DNA from: Mycobacterium leprae TN | GTDB taxonomy: Bacteria > Actinomycetota > Actinomycetes > Mycobacteriales > Mycobacteriaceae | Assembly: GCF_000195855.1 (NCBI RefSeq) | Contig: NC_002677.1 | Location: 90,001-122,000, forward strand | Reading direction: 5' to 3' | Length of the DNA: 32,000 nucleotides | Shown here: positions 8,132 to 18,900 of the stretch, piece after piece | Position numbering within the stretch: position 1 is the stretch's first letter | Layout of the letters: every line of letters begins with the position of its first letter | Translations under genes and position numbers: made by a program | Notes under the pieces: generated by a model | Seen by the model: the letters and a program-made list of their open reading frames with translations, nothing else | The model's database searches: none | What the model was told of the DNA's origin: nothing

Positions 8132-8424
8132 GCAGGCAGGAGGGCCTCGACACTAACGGGCTTGGCGTCGGTGGCGTTGGTGACCACCATGGCCGCGATC
8201 TCTAGCTGCATCAGCGTGTATCGAGCGTCCTACCCATCGTCACGATCGGATATCGGAGTGTCAACTTGCAGTAACGCTGGATTCGCATTCTTGGCGGTGA
8301 TCAAGTCGAATATCCTGTTCAAGGCGGTAGACGGGACATGCTGGTGTGCTCAGCGAACGCATCTACATCTTGCCGTCGCGCGTATTAAGTGAGAGTAGCT
8401 GGTCGATTCGGTGCCACTAGGGTT

Positions 8425-9393
8425 GTGAGTGTGGCCCGCATCGCTTACCTTGGTCCTGAAGGAACCTTCACCGAGGCAGCGCTGCTCAGGATGACGGCCG
8501 CCGGACTGGTTCCCGATACCGGGCCGGACGGCTTACGGCGGTGGCCGACCGAGAGCACGCCCGCCGCGCTCGACGCTGTTCGTGGCGGTGCTGCGGATTA
8601 TGCGTGCGTGCCTATCGAGAACTCCATCGACGGGTCGGTGGCTCCCACGTTGGACAACTTAGCCATCGGTTCGCCCCTGCAAGTGTTCGCTGAGACAACG
8701 CTAGATGTGGAGTTCAACATCGTTGTCAAACCCGGCATCACCGCCGCCGACATACGCACGTTGGCGGCCTTCCCAGTGGCGGCGGCGCAGGTGCGGCAAT
8801 GGCTTGCTGCCCATCTGGCTGGCGCTGAACTGCGGCCGGCGTATTCCAACGCCGACGCGGCTCGGCAGGTTGCCTACGGACAGGTGGATGCAGCAGTTAC
8901 GTCGCCGCTGGCCGCCACCCGCTGGGGGTTGATAGCGCTCGCCGCCGGCATCGTCGACGAACCCAACGCCCGGACTCGTTTCGTTCTGGTTGGGATGCCG
9001 GGGCCGCCTCCGGCCCGCACCGGAACCGATCGTACTTCGGCGGTGCTTCGCATCGACAACGCGCCTGGCATGTTGGTGGCCGCGCTGGCTGAATTCGGCA
9101 TCCGCGGCATTGACCTCACCCGAATTGAATCCCGGCCGACCCGCACCGAACTTGGCACCTACTTGTTCTTCGTGGACTGCGTAGGACACATCGATGATGG
9201 TGTTGTCGCCGAGGCACTGAAGGCGTTACATCGTCGTTGTGCGGACGTGTGTTATCTCGGTTCCTGGCCGGCGGGCCTGGCTACTGGTCCAACGGTGTCA
9301 CCGCCGCCGCCGGACGAAGCTTCGCGCTGGTTGGCCAGGCTGCGGGCAGGCAAACCCGATCAGGCCTCTGAACCAGGGGGCGGCAAGCTATGA
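8425..9393 (+). CDS. pheA: Prephenate dehydratase
   Basis: A PDT domain plus ACT domain are present: RIAYLGPEGTFTEAAL, PIENSIDGSV, TRFVLVG and IESRPTRTELGTYLFFVD. The start was chosen by homology (GTG 8425 giving VSVARIAYLG, or GTG 8431). The track ORF begins at 8389. Confidence 0.93.
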   Translation: MSVARIAYLGPEGTFTEAALLRMTAAGLVPDTGPDGLRRWPTESTPAALDAVRGGAADYACVPIENSIDGSVAPTLDNLAIGSPLQVFAETTLDVEFNIVVKPGITAADIRTLAAFPVAAAQVRQWLAAHLAGAELRPAYSNADAARQVAYGQVDAAVTSPLAATRWGLIALAAGIVDEPNARTRFVLVGMPGPPPARTGTDRTSAVLRIDNAPGMLVAALAEFGIRGIDLTRIESRPTRTELGTYLFFVDCVGHIDDGVVAEALKALHRRCADVCYLGSWPAGLATGPTVSPPPPDEASRWLARLRAGKPDQASEPGGGKL

Positions 9394-10085
9394 GCAGTCG
9401 TTTGGTGCTGCTGCGGCATGGCCAGTCATACGGCAATGTCGAGGGCAGGTTAGACACTCGGCCACCGGGAGCGTCGCTGACGCCGTTCGGTCGTGATCAA
9501 GCCCGGGTGTTCGCCCAGGCAGCTGGGCGGCCGGTACTGCTCGTGCATTCGGTGGCCATCCGGGCTTTGGAGACGGCCGCAGTGCTCGGTGCCGAATTTG
9601 ATGTGCCAATCCGCGAGATTGCTGGCATTCACGAAGTCCAGGTCGGTGAGCTCGAAAACCGTAACGATGACGACGCGATTGCCGAATTTAATGCCATTTA
9701 CGACCGTTGGCATCATGGTGAGCTCGATGTGCCATTGCCTGGCGGCGAGACCGCCAACGACGTATTGGATCGCTATCTTCCGGTACTTGTCGACCTACGC
9801 ATGCGCTACCTCGACGACGGTGACTGGACCGGAGACGTTGTCGTCGTAAGCCATGGCGCAGCGATCCGGCTTGTCTCTGCGGTGCTAGCCGAGGTGGACG
9901 GCAGATTTGCGCTGGAAAACCGTGTGAATAATGCTGAGTCGGTGGTGCTGGTACCCGTCACCGACGGTCGATGGAGCTGCGTGAGGTGGGGAGCCTTGAC
10001 GCCTCCCTTCTACCCTCATCTGCACCGACCTGATTCCACCTTGGTTACCGACGTTGTGATGTCGGGCAGGGACTCACTGGGCTAA
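9390..10085 (+). CDS. Histidine phosphatase superfamily (phosphoglycerate-mutase-like) protein, Rv3837c-like, 231 aa
   Basis: The RHG motif (LVLLRHGQSYGN) and the later SHGAAIR motif are present. The ATG overlaps the pheA stop (ATGA, 9390-9393). Confidence 0.88.
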   Translation: MSSRLVLLRHGQSYGNVEGRLDTRPPGASLTPFGRDQARVFAQAAGRPVLLVHSVAIRALETAAVLGAEFDVPIREIAGIHEVQVGELENRNDDDAIAEFNAIYDRWHHGELDVPLPGGETANDVLDRYLPVLVDLRMRYLDDGDWTGDVVVVSHGAAIRLVSAVLAEVDGRFALENRVNNAESVVLVPVTDGRWSCVRWGALTPPFYPHLHRPDSTLVTDVVMSGRDSLG

Positions 10086-10367
10086 TCGGATCTGCTCACA
10101 CCGCGAGTGCGACCAATTCAGCGCACCCACAGCCAGACCGCATAGCTGTCGACGACGAAGCTGTGTGGGGGAACCTCTCAGGGCTGACGCGGTCCGCCTC
10201 AGTGTATGCTGGTCTGGCTCAGCCACCCGCCGATTGAGTGACTCATGATGGTGCCCCGGCATTGTATTCAAGCTTACTTGGCAGTCGCGGCAGTCGTCGA
10301 TCATAAGCAGTTCATAGCACCAGGCTGAAACAACTAAGGGACGCCGCGCTCATGCGAAGGAGCGTGA

Positions 10368-10651
10368 TCAGGCCCAGCCCAGTTGGTATAGTTGATCATC
10401 ATCGATGCCGAAGTGGTGTGCGATTTCGTGGGTCATTGTGATCGTTACCTGGTCGACGATTTCTTCGTCGGAGTCCCGCTCGGTCAATACCACTCCTTCT
10501 TACAGTCCGAGCAGGTCGGCGTCCTGCGGATGGTGATTTGGCAACTAGCACAGCAACGTTGGTCATCGCGACTATCAACTTGGTCGGAAACAGGTCCAAT
10601 GAATTCGGAGACCAGCTCGTCAAACCGCTGCGGGTCCATCCGCACAGTCAC
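10368..10651 (-). pseudogene. Rv3836-like small zinc metallopeptidase-fold (HExxH) gene, pseudogene
   Basis: The minus strand reads VTVRMDPQRFDELVSEF.., then a frameshift, then ..NVAVLVANHHPQDADLLGL*EGVVLTERDSDEEIVDQVTITMTHEIAHHFGIDDDQLYQLGWA*. An in-frame TAA lies at 10502-10500. The GTG start overlaps the stop of the upstream gene (GTGA, 10651-10648). Confidence 0.75.
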
Positions 10652-12009
10652 TCGGCTAACCCCCCGGGGCTGGCTCGGCCTGCCCAGGGATGGGGGCTGA
10701 TCGGACGCCCTCGGCGCTTCGACATCTGCCGGGTGTGGCGGGCTTTCGGCAGGTGCTTCGCAGGCGACACTGAGGCTGCGGGAGCCGTCGACGCAGGTGA
10801 CTGCGGAACCGTCACAATCGGCTGTTGCTTGCGGTGCTGCTGATTGCCAGGCGGGATCGGGTTTACTGGGACGTTAGACTGGCTGTTTGGCACCTGAAGG
10901 TGGTGAAGGGGTATCGGTGGCATGCCGAGTCTCTCTTCAGGGATGTCGGGCGGCGGTGTCGGCGGCTGATTGTTTATCAGCAGGGGACCCTTAGCGCTGT
11001 TCACCAGCGTGGCCCAGCCACCGTTACCCATCGTAGCGCCTATGCTACACGCGACTTTACGGCTGCCTGCTGCCCAACTGGACAGAGACAGGGTGGGGTA
11101 GATCAGCGTCAGGGTGGTGGTGCGCAGCTCGATCGCCGCCAGATAGATATCGGTTAGCCGGGTGCACGCATCCTTGATGAAGGTATCCTGTTCGGATGCA
11201 GCCGGAAGGGCATTCGGGAACTTATCGGCCAGATTGACCGTACCGGTGACCTCCATTGCGTGCGGCGCCACGCAGTCAACGGGGATATCGATCGGTTGGT
11301 TGGTCGTGAGGTCGATGCTTAAGCAGGTGCCGGCAGGCCAGACCTTGGATTGGTCGATATTGGCAACTTTGCCCTTGAAGGCGACTTGCTGGTTGTTCAC
11401 GCCGGGTAGCTGCAGGCCGCACAGCATGCGGCGCTCACCGCTCTGGCGCCATGCTCGGTCACCGGACCACAGCATGCTTATGGTGTATTTGCTGTTGGGA
11501 TCGAACTTGGTGCCGAGGTAGCGACGAACGGCTGTCTCGCACTGTTCCTCACTGATCTGTTGAATGCGAGCCGGCGACGGTGGAGCGGCGTTGGGCCCGT
11601 ACTCTGAACCAGGGAAAGTCCGCATGTCGATGGATTCGGCGACTTCAAACCGGTGATCGTCAGCGCAGTTGACGATCACCGCGGTGTGCGGTGTGCTATC
11701 CGGCCACATCAGGCAATCGCCGTTGGTGGCGCGGTTGAACGCGACGTTACTCTTGGCGCCGGTGCTGGGCACCGGATTGCTGTCGATATAGGTGGCTAGC
11801 AGTCCAGATCCGGTCCCAACGGTGGGAATCGCGGTGACCAGTCCACCGATTAGTAGGCCGCCAAGGGCTGTGAGTAGCAGCCCTCGTCGGGTCGCTCTGG
11901 CCTGCAAAGTACTCGGCCATTGGAACTCGACAGGTGGTTGTTCGTCCTCGCCGGTCAAGTCATCGGCGAGTGCGGGTTCCTCTTCGGGCGCGTCCAACAT
12001 CTCATCCAT
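10648..12009 (-). CDS. Conserved membrane-anchored protein, Rv3835-like (septum-formation-domain type), with a Pro-rich C-terminus
   Basis: The ATG at 12009 gives MDEMLDAPEEEP.... One TM helix is present (LLLTALGGLLIGGLVTAIP). The Cys/His pattern GDCLMWPD...VNCADDHRFEV recurs later as CLSID...VDCVAPHAMEV. The longer track start at 12105 would overlap serS. Confidence 0.8.
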   Translation of the reverse strand: MDEMLDAPEEEPALADDLTGEDEQPPVEFQWPSTLQARATRRGLLLTALGGLLIGGLVTAIPTVGTGSGLLATYIDSNPVPSTGAKSNVAFNRATNGDCLMWPDSTPHTAVIVNCADDHRFEVAESIDMRTFPGSEYGPNAAPPSPARIQQISEEQCETAVRRYLGTKFDPNSKYTISMLWSGDRAWRQSGERRMLCGLQLPGVNNQQVAFKGKVANIDQSKVWPAGTCLSIDLTTNQPIDIPVDCVAPHAMEVTGTVNLADKFPNALPAASEQDTFIKDACTRLTDIYLAAIELRTTTLTLIYPTLSLSSWAAGSRKVACSIGATMGNGGWATLVNSAKGPLLINNQPPTPPPDIPEERLGMPPIPLHHLQVPNSQSNVPVNPIPPGNQQHRKQQPIVTVPQSPASTAPAASVSPAKHLPKARHTRQMSKRRGRPISPHPWAGRASPGGLAE

Positions 12010-12121
12010 CCTGACAGGCTCAACAAAGTTCTTGTGACAAACGTTGCAGATGTGCCACCGTCGACCTGTTCGTGCGGGTGCTTCGGCACGTGTGCGTAGC
12101 GTCAAAAGTAGTCTTCAAGCC

Positions 12122-13375
12122 GTGATTGACCTGCAATTGCTCCGGGAAGACCCCGACGTGGTCCGCCGTTCCCAACTTAGCCGTGGCGAAGACCCGGCCT
12201 TGGTGGATGCCCTACTGACAGCCGACACTGCTCGTCGGGCCGCAATTTCGGCTGCAGACTCGCTGCGTGCTGAACAGAAGGCCACCAGCAAAAGCTTGGG
12301 CGCGGCATCTGCCGAGGACCGTCCGGCGTTATTGGAGCGCGCAAAGGACCTCGCCGAGCAGGTGAAAGCCGCTGAAACCACCCAGGCTGAGACTGCGGCG
12401 GCATTCGCTGCAGCGTACATGGCAATTTCCAACGTCGTTCTGGATGGAGTGCCGACCGGCGGAAAGGACGACTACGCGGTACTGGATATTGTTGGCGATC
12501 CACCGCCTTTGAGCAATCCAAAGGACCACCTGGAACTCGGCGAAGCACTGGGCTTGATCGACATGCAGCGTGGTGCCAAAGTGTCCGGCTCGCGGTTCTA
12601 CTTCCTCACCGGTCGGGGTGCGCTGTTACAACTAGGCCTGTTGCAGCTTGCGTTGCGGCTTGCTGTCGAGAACGACTTTATCCCAATGATCCCGCCCGTG
12701 CTGGTGCGCCCGGAGGTGATGTCTGGTACCGGATTTTTGGGCGCTCATGCCGAGGAGGTGTATAGGGTAGACGATCTGTATCTGGTGGGCACCTCTGAAG
12801 TGCCAATGGCCGGCTATCACTCCGACGAAATCCTCGATCTATCCGTTGGCCCGCTACGGTACGCGGGTTGGTCGTCGTGTTTCAGGCGCGAGGCCGGCAG
12901 CCACGGCAAGGACACTCGTGGCATCATCCGGGTGCACCAGTTCGACAAGGTGGAGGGGTTTGTCTACTGTGCACCCACCGACGCCGAGGTTGAACACCAA
13001 CGGCTGCTGGGTTGGCAGCGCGAGATGTTGGCGCGCATAGAGGTGCCATATCGGGTAATCGACGTGGCTGCGGGCGATCTCGGTTCGTCGGCGGCCCGCA
13101 AGTTCGATTGCGAGGCGTGGGTACCGACCCAGGGCAGCTACTGCGAGCTGACCTCGACGTCAAACTGCACCACCTTCCAGGCGCGCCGGCTAGCTACCCG
13201 CTACCGAGATGCCAGTGGCAAGCCACAGATCGTTGCCACACTAAACGGCACGCTGGGTACCACCCGGTGGCTGGTCGCGATCTTGGAAAACCACCAGCGG
13301 CCCGACGGCAGCGTGCGGGTGCCGCCGGCTTTGGTACCTTTCGTCGGCACAGAGTTGCTAGAGTCGCCCCGCTGA
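12122..13375 (+). CDS. serS: Seryl-tRNA synthetase (417 aa)
   Basis: The GTG at 12122 gives [29 protein letters not shown]. Class-II motifs are present: [26 protein letters not shown] and [17 protein letters not shown]. The track ORF start at 12044 is an upstream extension. Confidence 0.95.
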
Positions 13376-13649
13376 AGGTGTGATGAACGAAGGGCTGCCT
13401 GTCTTCAAGAAACATGCGAGCGTTACGTGCGGTGAAATCCCACGGGGTGTTGTTGATGTCTCAGTGATTACTCAGCTTGTCGCCGGCACAAATCATTATA
13501 GTCATATATAGGCGCTCTCGCTTAATCACCATTCTTGGTAACGCCCTATCCGGGGTCGGTGAGAGTCGATGCGGAGAAGGTGACTGTCCGCTCCTCCTTC
13601 CGAGTGCGCCGCAGGAAACCTCAGTAGTTTCTGTGGTTGGCATTGTGTC

Positions 13650-13960
13650 CTGTTGCTTTGGTTACGCTGGCTCGACCTGACGGAGGTAGGGCCTGGATCC
13701 GACGTGCGCTGCGGCCGATTACTCGCCGTGTTCCTGCCTGGGTGGTAACCACCGTCGCGGGATCCAGACGTCAGTTTGTGGTGTGGTACTGCGCGATTCG
13801 CTCACTGTGTTTTCGTCTCCTTCATGTTGCTTCTCCAGTATCCGCTGCCTGGTCGTTACTATGGGCTCTGGTTGGAGGAGCTCAATGATTGTGGCGTCGT
13901 TGCACTTAAATCCATAAGCCAGTTCTTGCTTGAATTTTTTACACGAATTCACCTTCTGCG
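13650..13960 (-). pseudogene. AraC/XylS-type HTH remnant (possible Rv3833-like regulator fossil; boundaries approximate)
   Basis: The minus ORF 13719..13952 reads ..QELAYGFKCNDATIIELLQPEPIVTTRQRILEKQHEGDENTVSE... This aligns by eye to the HTH_18 pattern eeLAeelgvSprhLsrlFkke.G.sp..y....Rl..A..lL...d.sv.e. No intact full-length frame exists. Confidence 0.35.
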
Positions 13961-14918
13961 CTTAGCCGCCCCACCACCTCGACGAACATACCTCGGTTGC
14001 GGAAAGATTGGTTTATAATGAATTTAACCACCATCTCCACTGACCCGGCTGCCGTCCTTGGTGGGAAGTGCGGACGTATTCGGGTCTGACGTGGTTCCCC
14101 GCGAAGTACCAGGCAGTAGGAATTGGGTTGTAGATCCGAGGGAGCTGGGCCTAACCACTTCGGTGTACAGTTCGGTACCCGCGATGCACGTCAACACCGG
14201 CTGCGGTGGTGAGAAGGAACAACCAGTGTGAATAGCAGTAGGGCGTGCATCGGGGGTGGCTAAGGTACGACTGCGTAGACCTAATTGCGTTGGTCCGCGT
14301 AGACTCCAGAGAGCGATTAGGTATAGATTAACGCTAATAAGCCCGACGTCATGAGCGAGCGGAGCACCCGTACACCGAGGCCCCCATTTCATCGGGGGGT
14401 GAAACGCGGACCGCACGGTCTGATAGGCAAGTTCCGGTATCGCTATTACCAGGGCAGTCATCGCTTGCTGTAACCGGTTATGGGTTCTGTCGTCACCAAC
14501 GCTATGGGCACTTCAGTTGGCATGTTTTTCTGCGGATAGGTAGCGATACGCTGTTGCGTCACCAAATTCCAACCACAGAAGCCGGTATACCGCGATCGGT
14601 TGGTGTGCCTGTGTTTATGCCTTACCGTAAGGAAAGCAACAGGATTAAGGCGATAGTGCGGGTGACTTCAATGATCGACGCACCGAGCCGACCGGTCCCA
14701 GTGTGTATCAACACGTCGCTAGCGCGGGTGTAGTCGCGTATTGCTGCTGTAGCGGTCATTGTCTTACTGTCCATCGACAGCGAGGATTTGAGACGCACGA
14801 TATGTGACAAAATTTGAGACATCGCGACCAAGTAGTGGGGAAGTGATGTTTCATCGGAGGTCTCGTGTCATTGTGGCTTGTGGTCGTTGTCTTTCGATCT
14901 TGACACTCCGGCAAAAAT

Positions 14919-15650
14919 ATGGTTTATGCCGAAATGGCCGTAATCACGGGTATTGGGTGTCGGCGCCGGGAAGAATTGGTTGTGTTGGCCGGCCAGTATG
15001 TTGATCGCGTCGGGCTTGTGGGTTTTGCTGATGATCTGCAGCGTTTTGCCGACGAACGGCCGGAGAGTAGGGTTCGGATCGAACTGTGACCGGTAGATTT
15101 CCTCGGATCAGAACGAATCGGAACGATTGCTTTGCGCAGATATACAGGCCATAGCGAAGGTCCGGTACTATCGGTGTGTCGGTATTCGCACGCCACGAAA
15201 ACGTTGACCTCCACTCAGGCCTAACCGTTACCGTCAAAAGTTTGGATCGCCACTATACGGTGAATATGCGAGCTACTTGGCTGTTGATCAAAGTGCTTGC
15301 TAAGCGTTGGCCGGCAACAGGTAGAAGCGTGGTGGCGCTCACCAGTGATCACACAATGAATAACCTACCCTACGGGGCTACGAAAGCCGTAATAGATCGA
15401 ATTGTGCTTGCTGCTGCCTACGCACTAGGGTGTTCAAGCCGTGCTCGCCAACGTGATCAATTCGGGCCCGGGCGACATTGGCTGGATGACACCCCGACCT
15501 CCAGACGCGATTAACCTCTATGCAACCGCCCGGATGTTTAGGAAACCCTAAAAGACTTCCAACTTGGTGTGCGCTTTCTGCTGTCCGACTACTGGCAGTA
15601 GGTTAACGGCCAGCTCATCCACTGCAACGGCAGTTTCTCCAAAGACCAAC
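14919..15650 (+). pseudogene. Short-chain dehydrogenase/reductase (SDR, FabG-like) pseudogene
   Basis: The N-terminus MVYAEMAVITGIGCRRREELVVLAGQYVD is a Rossmann TGxxxGxG relic and runs into a TGA. The catalytic relic LTSDHTMNNLPYGATKAVIDRIV (S...YxxxK) lies in ORF 15176..15514. The C-terminal VRFLLSDYWQ*VNGQLIHCNGSFS lies in another frame and carries a TAG. Confidence 0.75.
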
Positions 15651-17707
15651 TCCATGTCTGCGTTAGTGCAACATGCAGAAAACTATGGTATCATTCCTGT
15701 TATCTCGCATTCAGCTGGGCTAAGTCTGGCCGCCCACGGTTGTAAGCGCCGTGGCGGATTGTGCATTCCGGCGCTGTCGTCCGATCGTGGCGAAGTAGTA
15801 GGCAAGCGGGAAAGAAAAGCTAGAAGCAAAAAACAGCCACGGACACCGCATCCCGCTCCGGTAGCTATAAACACTGGCAGCAGAATCATATTCGTAACGA
15901 AGTAGTCACAGTTGCCCGAAACAGCGGTTGGGTTGGTGATCTGCATCCGCAGGAAATGCGGATAGCTTTCCGGTCCCTGGACCAGGTTACCCTGCCCGGC
16001 CCCATCGTGCACACAGCGTGTATTGAAATATCATCTTAGTATGGTAGCCGCTATACCAACTATGAAGTGCCCGCACTTTGTGGAGAAAAAGACGGCTTTC
16101 CAGTAAGTTTGGTATAAAACTGTGGTTTTGACGTGGTTATCTAGCCGATAGCGGATAGGTTACGGACTGTGTGGACAAGAAGCGAGATCATGGGTAGTGT
16201 GGCCATGCCATGGTGGACTAGGGATCACATGCATTCCCGGTTACAATTCCGGTTGTGCAGAGCTGGAGGGCCTGTGCAGTTAACCGTGTTGACTCAGCAG
16301 TTCATCTTCCAGTGCGAGGAACTCGTCGGACCTAGTTCGTGGAGTAAACGCCGGGCTCAGCCGGAGCTTGGGCCCGTCCAAGGTAATCAAGATCGACCTG
16401 AATAGCAGGTATGAGTCAAGTTTTAGCTAGCGGTGGAAATCGAGGGTTCCCCAAATGCGTAACCACTGAAAGAATAGGATTAACGCTTCGGCTTTCATAC
16501 CAGCATCGCTTTCAGCGCAATTACCTTCGACGTGCCAGAAGGAAAGTGATAGCGGTGCAACGTGATTACCACGTGATCCAGCTGGACAAAGCCTTAGTCC
16601 TAAGATTCCTGCAGAATTGAAGTAATTTTCAGAAACTCCGCAACTGGTGGCACCGTGAGGTGAGAAAACGGCCGTCATCCAATCGCCATTGTTACCTATA
16701 CAGATTACAGGTCGGTATGTTTACCGTGCGGTCTGCCGCCGAACTTCAATAGATCGGTTTTGACATGGGGGAAGATCCGCTGAATCTCCTTGCAGTACAG
16801 AGTGATCGATGCGCAATCCTAATGTTGTCTAGGCTAACCAGCTATCGTCTTAAGCAATGTTCTCGTCCAGTCAGACATGTTGAAGAACGTGTACAGATAT
16901 TCGTTGTAGCCACCGGTCCGCCAAGCCTTAAGGCACGTGGACAAGAAGATGGTGTTGATCCAGTCCGGTTCGTGATTAAGCACTACTGGTAAGTAACAAC
17001 TCCGGCACTATCTACGAATCCGTAGAATAGTTTCATAATTAGAAATCTGCTAGCGCTTGAGCATGTTTCGGAAAGTCCAAAACTACAGTTTCAAGCACGA
17101 TAATCAATTCGACAAGATATCCGGTTCTGTCGCTGATAACGTTGCTTTGCAACATGATCGGTTCGAACAACACGCGCCACCTCTCTAGCAGAAGATCACT
17201 TTCTGCGATCTCCCAATTTGCCTGCTTCGCATTAAGTACGGAAGCCATCTGTTCGGCATAGTCGGTGATGTAGGCGGACTGTTTGGTGTTGAAGATAGCC
17301 ACAATTTTCTCGACCTGGAGTAAATGGTTCAGTGAATTCAGTATCCTGCCATCGCACCAGAGGATCGACTCGATAAAATCAGCAAGTCACGTCAGCGCCC
17401 GTTCCTGTGTATCTGATCCAGGAACACCATGTTGAGGTAGCGCAGCAAATCGTGGTACGAAAATGACTGCGGCACTATACAGGTGGTCCTCATCTGAGTG
17501 ATGTATAGATGCGCACTGTCCATATGACGTTGGCGTTTCTGGGTAGCTAATATACCCTTGGCACCCGCAGGCATGTCGTAGAAATTAGATACCATGTCGC
17601 TCCGAAAGTATTGCAGTAGATGTATACAAACGTGGAAGAACTAAGATGTCAATGATTTCAAGTTGACAGGGCGAGCGTAGTTTATGTTGAAAACCTTTGC
17701 TGTGTAG

Positions 17708-17917
17708 TCAGAAACTGCTGCCGTCGAGTAGCTGATCGGGCTGACGTTGGGGTCCGCAGGCTATGCTCGTGACGTTGAGCTTGCCTTTGGTTTCGGTCAG
17801 GCGGTGCTTGACCGAGTTGGTGGCCTCGGAAAATCGGTGAAATCCTAAATTCTGCAGTTCATTCCGCAGATTGTTCACCACGATCTGGGATGTTGTGCTG
17901 CAAGGGTTAGTGTACAT
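17708..17917 (-). pseudogene. LuxR/FixJ-type HTH C-terminal remnant
   Basis: The ORF ends ...LRNELQNLGFHRFSEATNSVKHRLTETKGKLNVTSIA..*. This matches the LuxR HTH pattern (EIAxxLxxSxxTVKxHxxxIxxKLxVxxR) by eye. An in-frame stop lies 5 codons upstream of its ATG. No receiver or ATPase domain is recoverable. Confidence 0.4.
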
Positions 17918-18251
17918 AGCTCCGACGTAACCTTATTAACATGGTCGTGCAGGTGCTTGGCGTTGAAGTGATCCTTGTGTAAATGCCAGACGTACAAATA
18001 CATCGCAAGTCATCTTAGTGGTGTCCTAATCTAGAGCCCTAATTATTTTATTGTCGGGAAAGGGGACCAGGAGGCGAAGTAGGCCGGATTGAACTAATTA
18101 TCATACAGAATACTGCTCGCGTAGGTCTCGATCAAAAAATTGGCGCGGCTTGCGTCTGTGCTCTACACAACTACCTTCCGGTTGCCTTCTTTATGCCCGT
18201 TTCGCCGCTGCGATTGGCGGGTACGTGCCACCTTGAGCTTAGACCGAAGTG

Positions 18252-18900
18252 TCAAACTTCGGCCGCCGCAGAATGCCGGTAGTAATCAATGCGCGACGAG
18301 TCTGGCTCGATGCCGTAGGCAGCGGAAAGCTCTGCGTACCACACCCGACCGGGGTAATTTGTGCCCAACGACAGCGTCGCTACCGCTCGGTCGGACACAC
18401 CGAGACCGCCGAATCGATGTATCCTCAGCAACGGTCATCGTCGATTACGGTGTTGGCTGCGCAAGCATAGCCATAATAGACCACCAGCTGCTCCACCAGA
18501 TGTGGTTTGGCCAGACGTGTTTGTTGTGCCAGCGTTAGCGTGGCCAGCCGGACAGTTACTGACCAGTCAAACGGGCATGATCACACCGGCTAGCTGGTCG
18601 TGCAATCTACTCCAGCCTCGTGCCAAATCGCTCGTACCCCCACATCCGGGTCCGCGACCCAGCTTGGGTGTACCGCCGACCGGCTAGGCAGCGCGAGAGC
18701 ACACGAAACCATTCTCAATTGGCCGCCTGGAATCGTGTCTCTAGACCCACACCCAGCCACCCGCGGGTACCACAAATCATAAATGAAGTACGCCGTCCCG
18801 TCGCGACACCTTGGGCTTGAGCACAACCGTCTTGCCTTCACCATCTCGATAAACTTGTTGCCAGAACTTGTTCAAGTCTACCCGAAAGGTGACACGCTTA
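18252..18900 (-). pseudogene. Aminoglycoside-phosphotransferase-like (APH family) kinase pseudogene, Rv3817-like by position (boundaries approximate)
   Basis: Minus-strand fragments lie in several frames. They read DGEGKTVVLKPKVSRRDG, LAGVIMPV*LVSNCPAGHA (compare GVIDFGD..GDPA.DLA) and the C-terminal YAELSAAYGIEPDSSRIDYYR (compare the APH tail ...aYg.d....rl.fYr). Multiple stops are present. The terminal stop is at 18254-18252. Confidence 0.4.

Noticed and set aside
12010-12121. Mutually overlapping long forms of serS (from 12044) and the divergent membrane-protein gene (to 12105).
   Set aside because: Homology to SerS starts at VIDLQLLRE (GTG 12122). The membrane protein has a natural MDEMLD start at 12009. 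The long forms would place two genes on opposite strands of the same 60 bp.
14024-14461. A 145-aa minus-strand ORF, the longest ORF in the coding desert.
   Set aside because: It has no start context or motif I can recognise and no clear compositional coding signal. It may be the N-terminal part of the AraC-like fossil or simply an open stretch, so it was not called.
16031-18019. The 10-nt direct repeat tcatcttagt at 16031-16040 and 18010-18019, roughly bracketing the low-GC island. I considered it as possible target-site duplication or att-like ends.
   Set aside because: Hundreds of exact 10-mer pairs are expected by chance in 32 kb. Identity does not extend convincingly beyond 10 nt. No integrase, transposase or inverted termini are visible.
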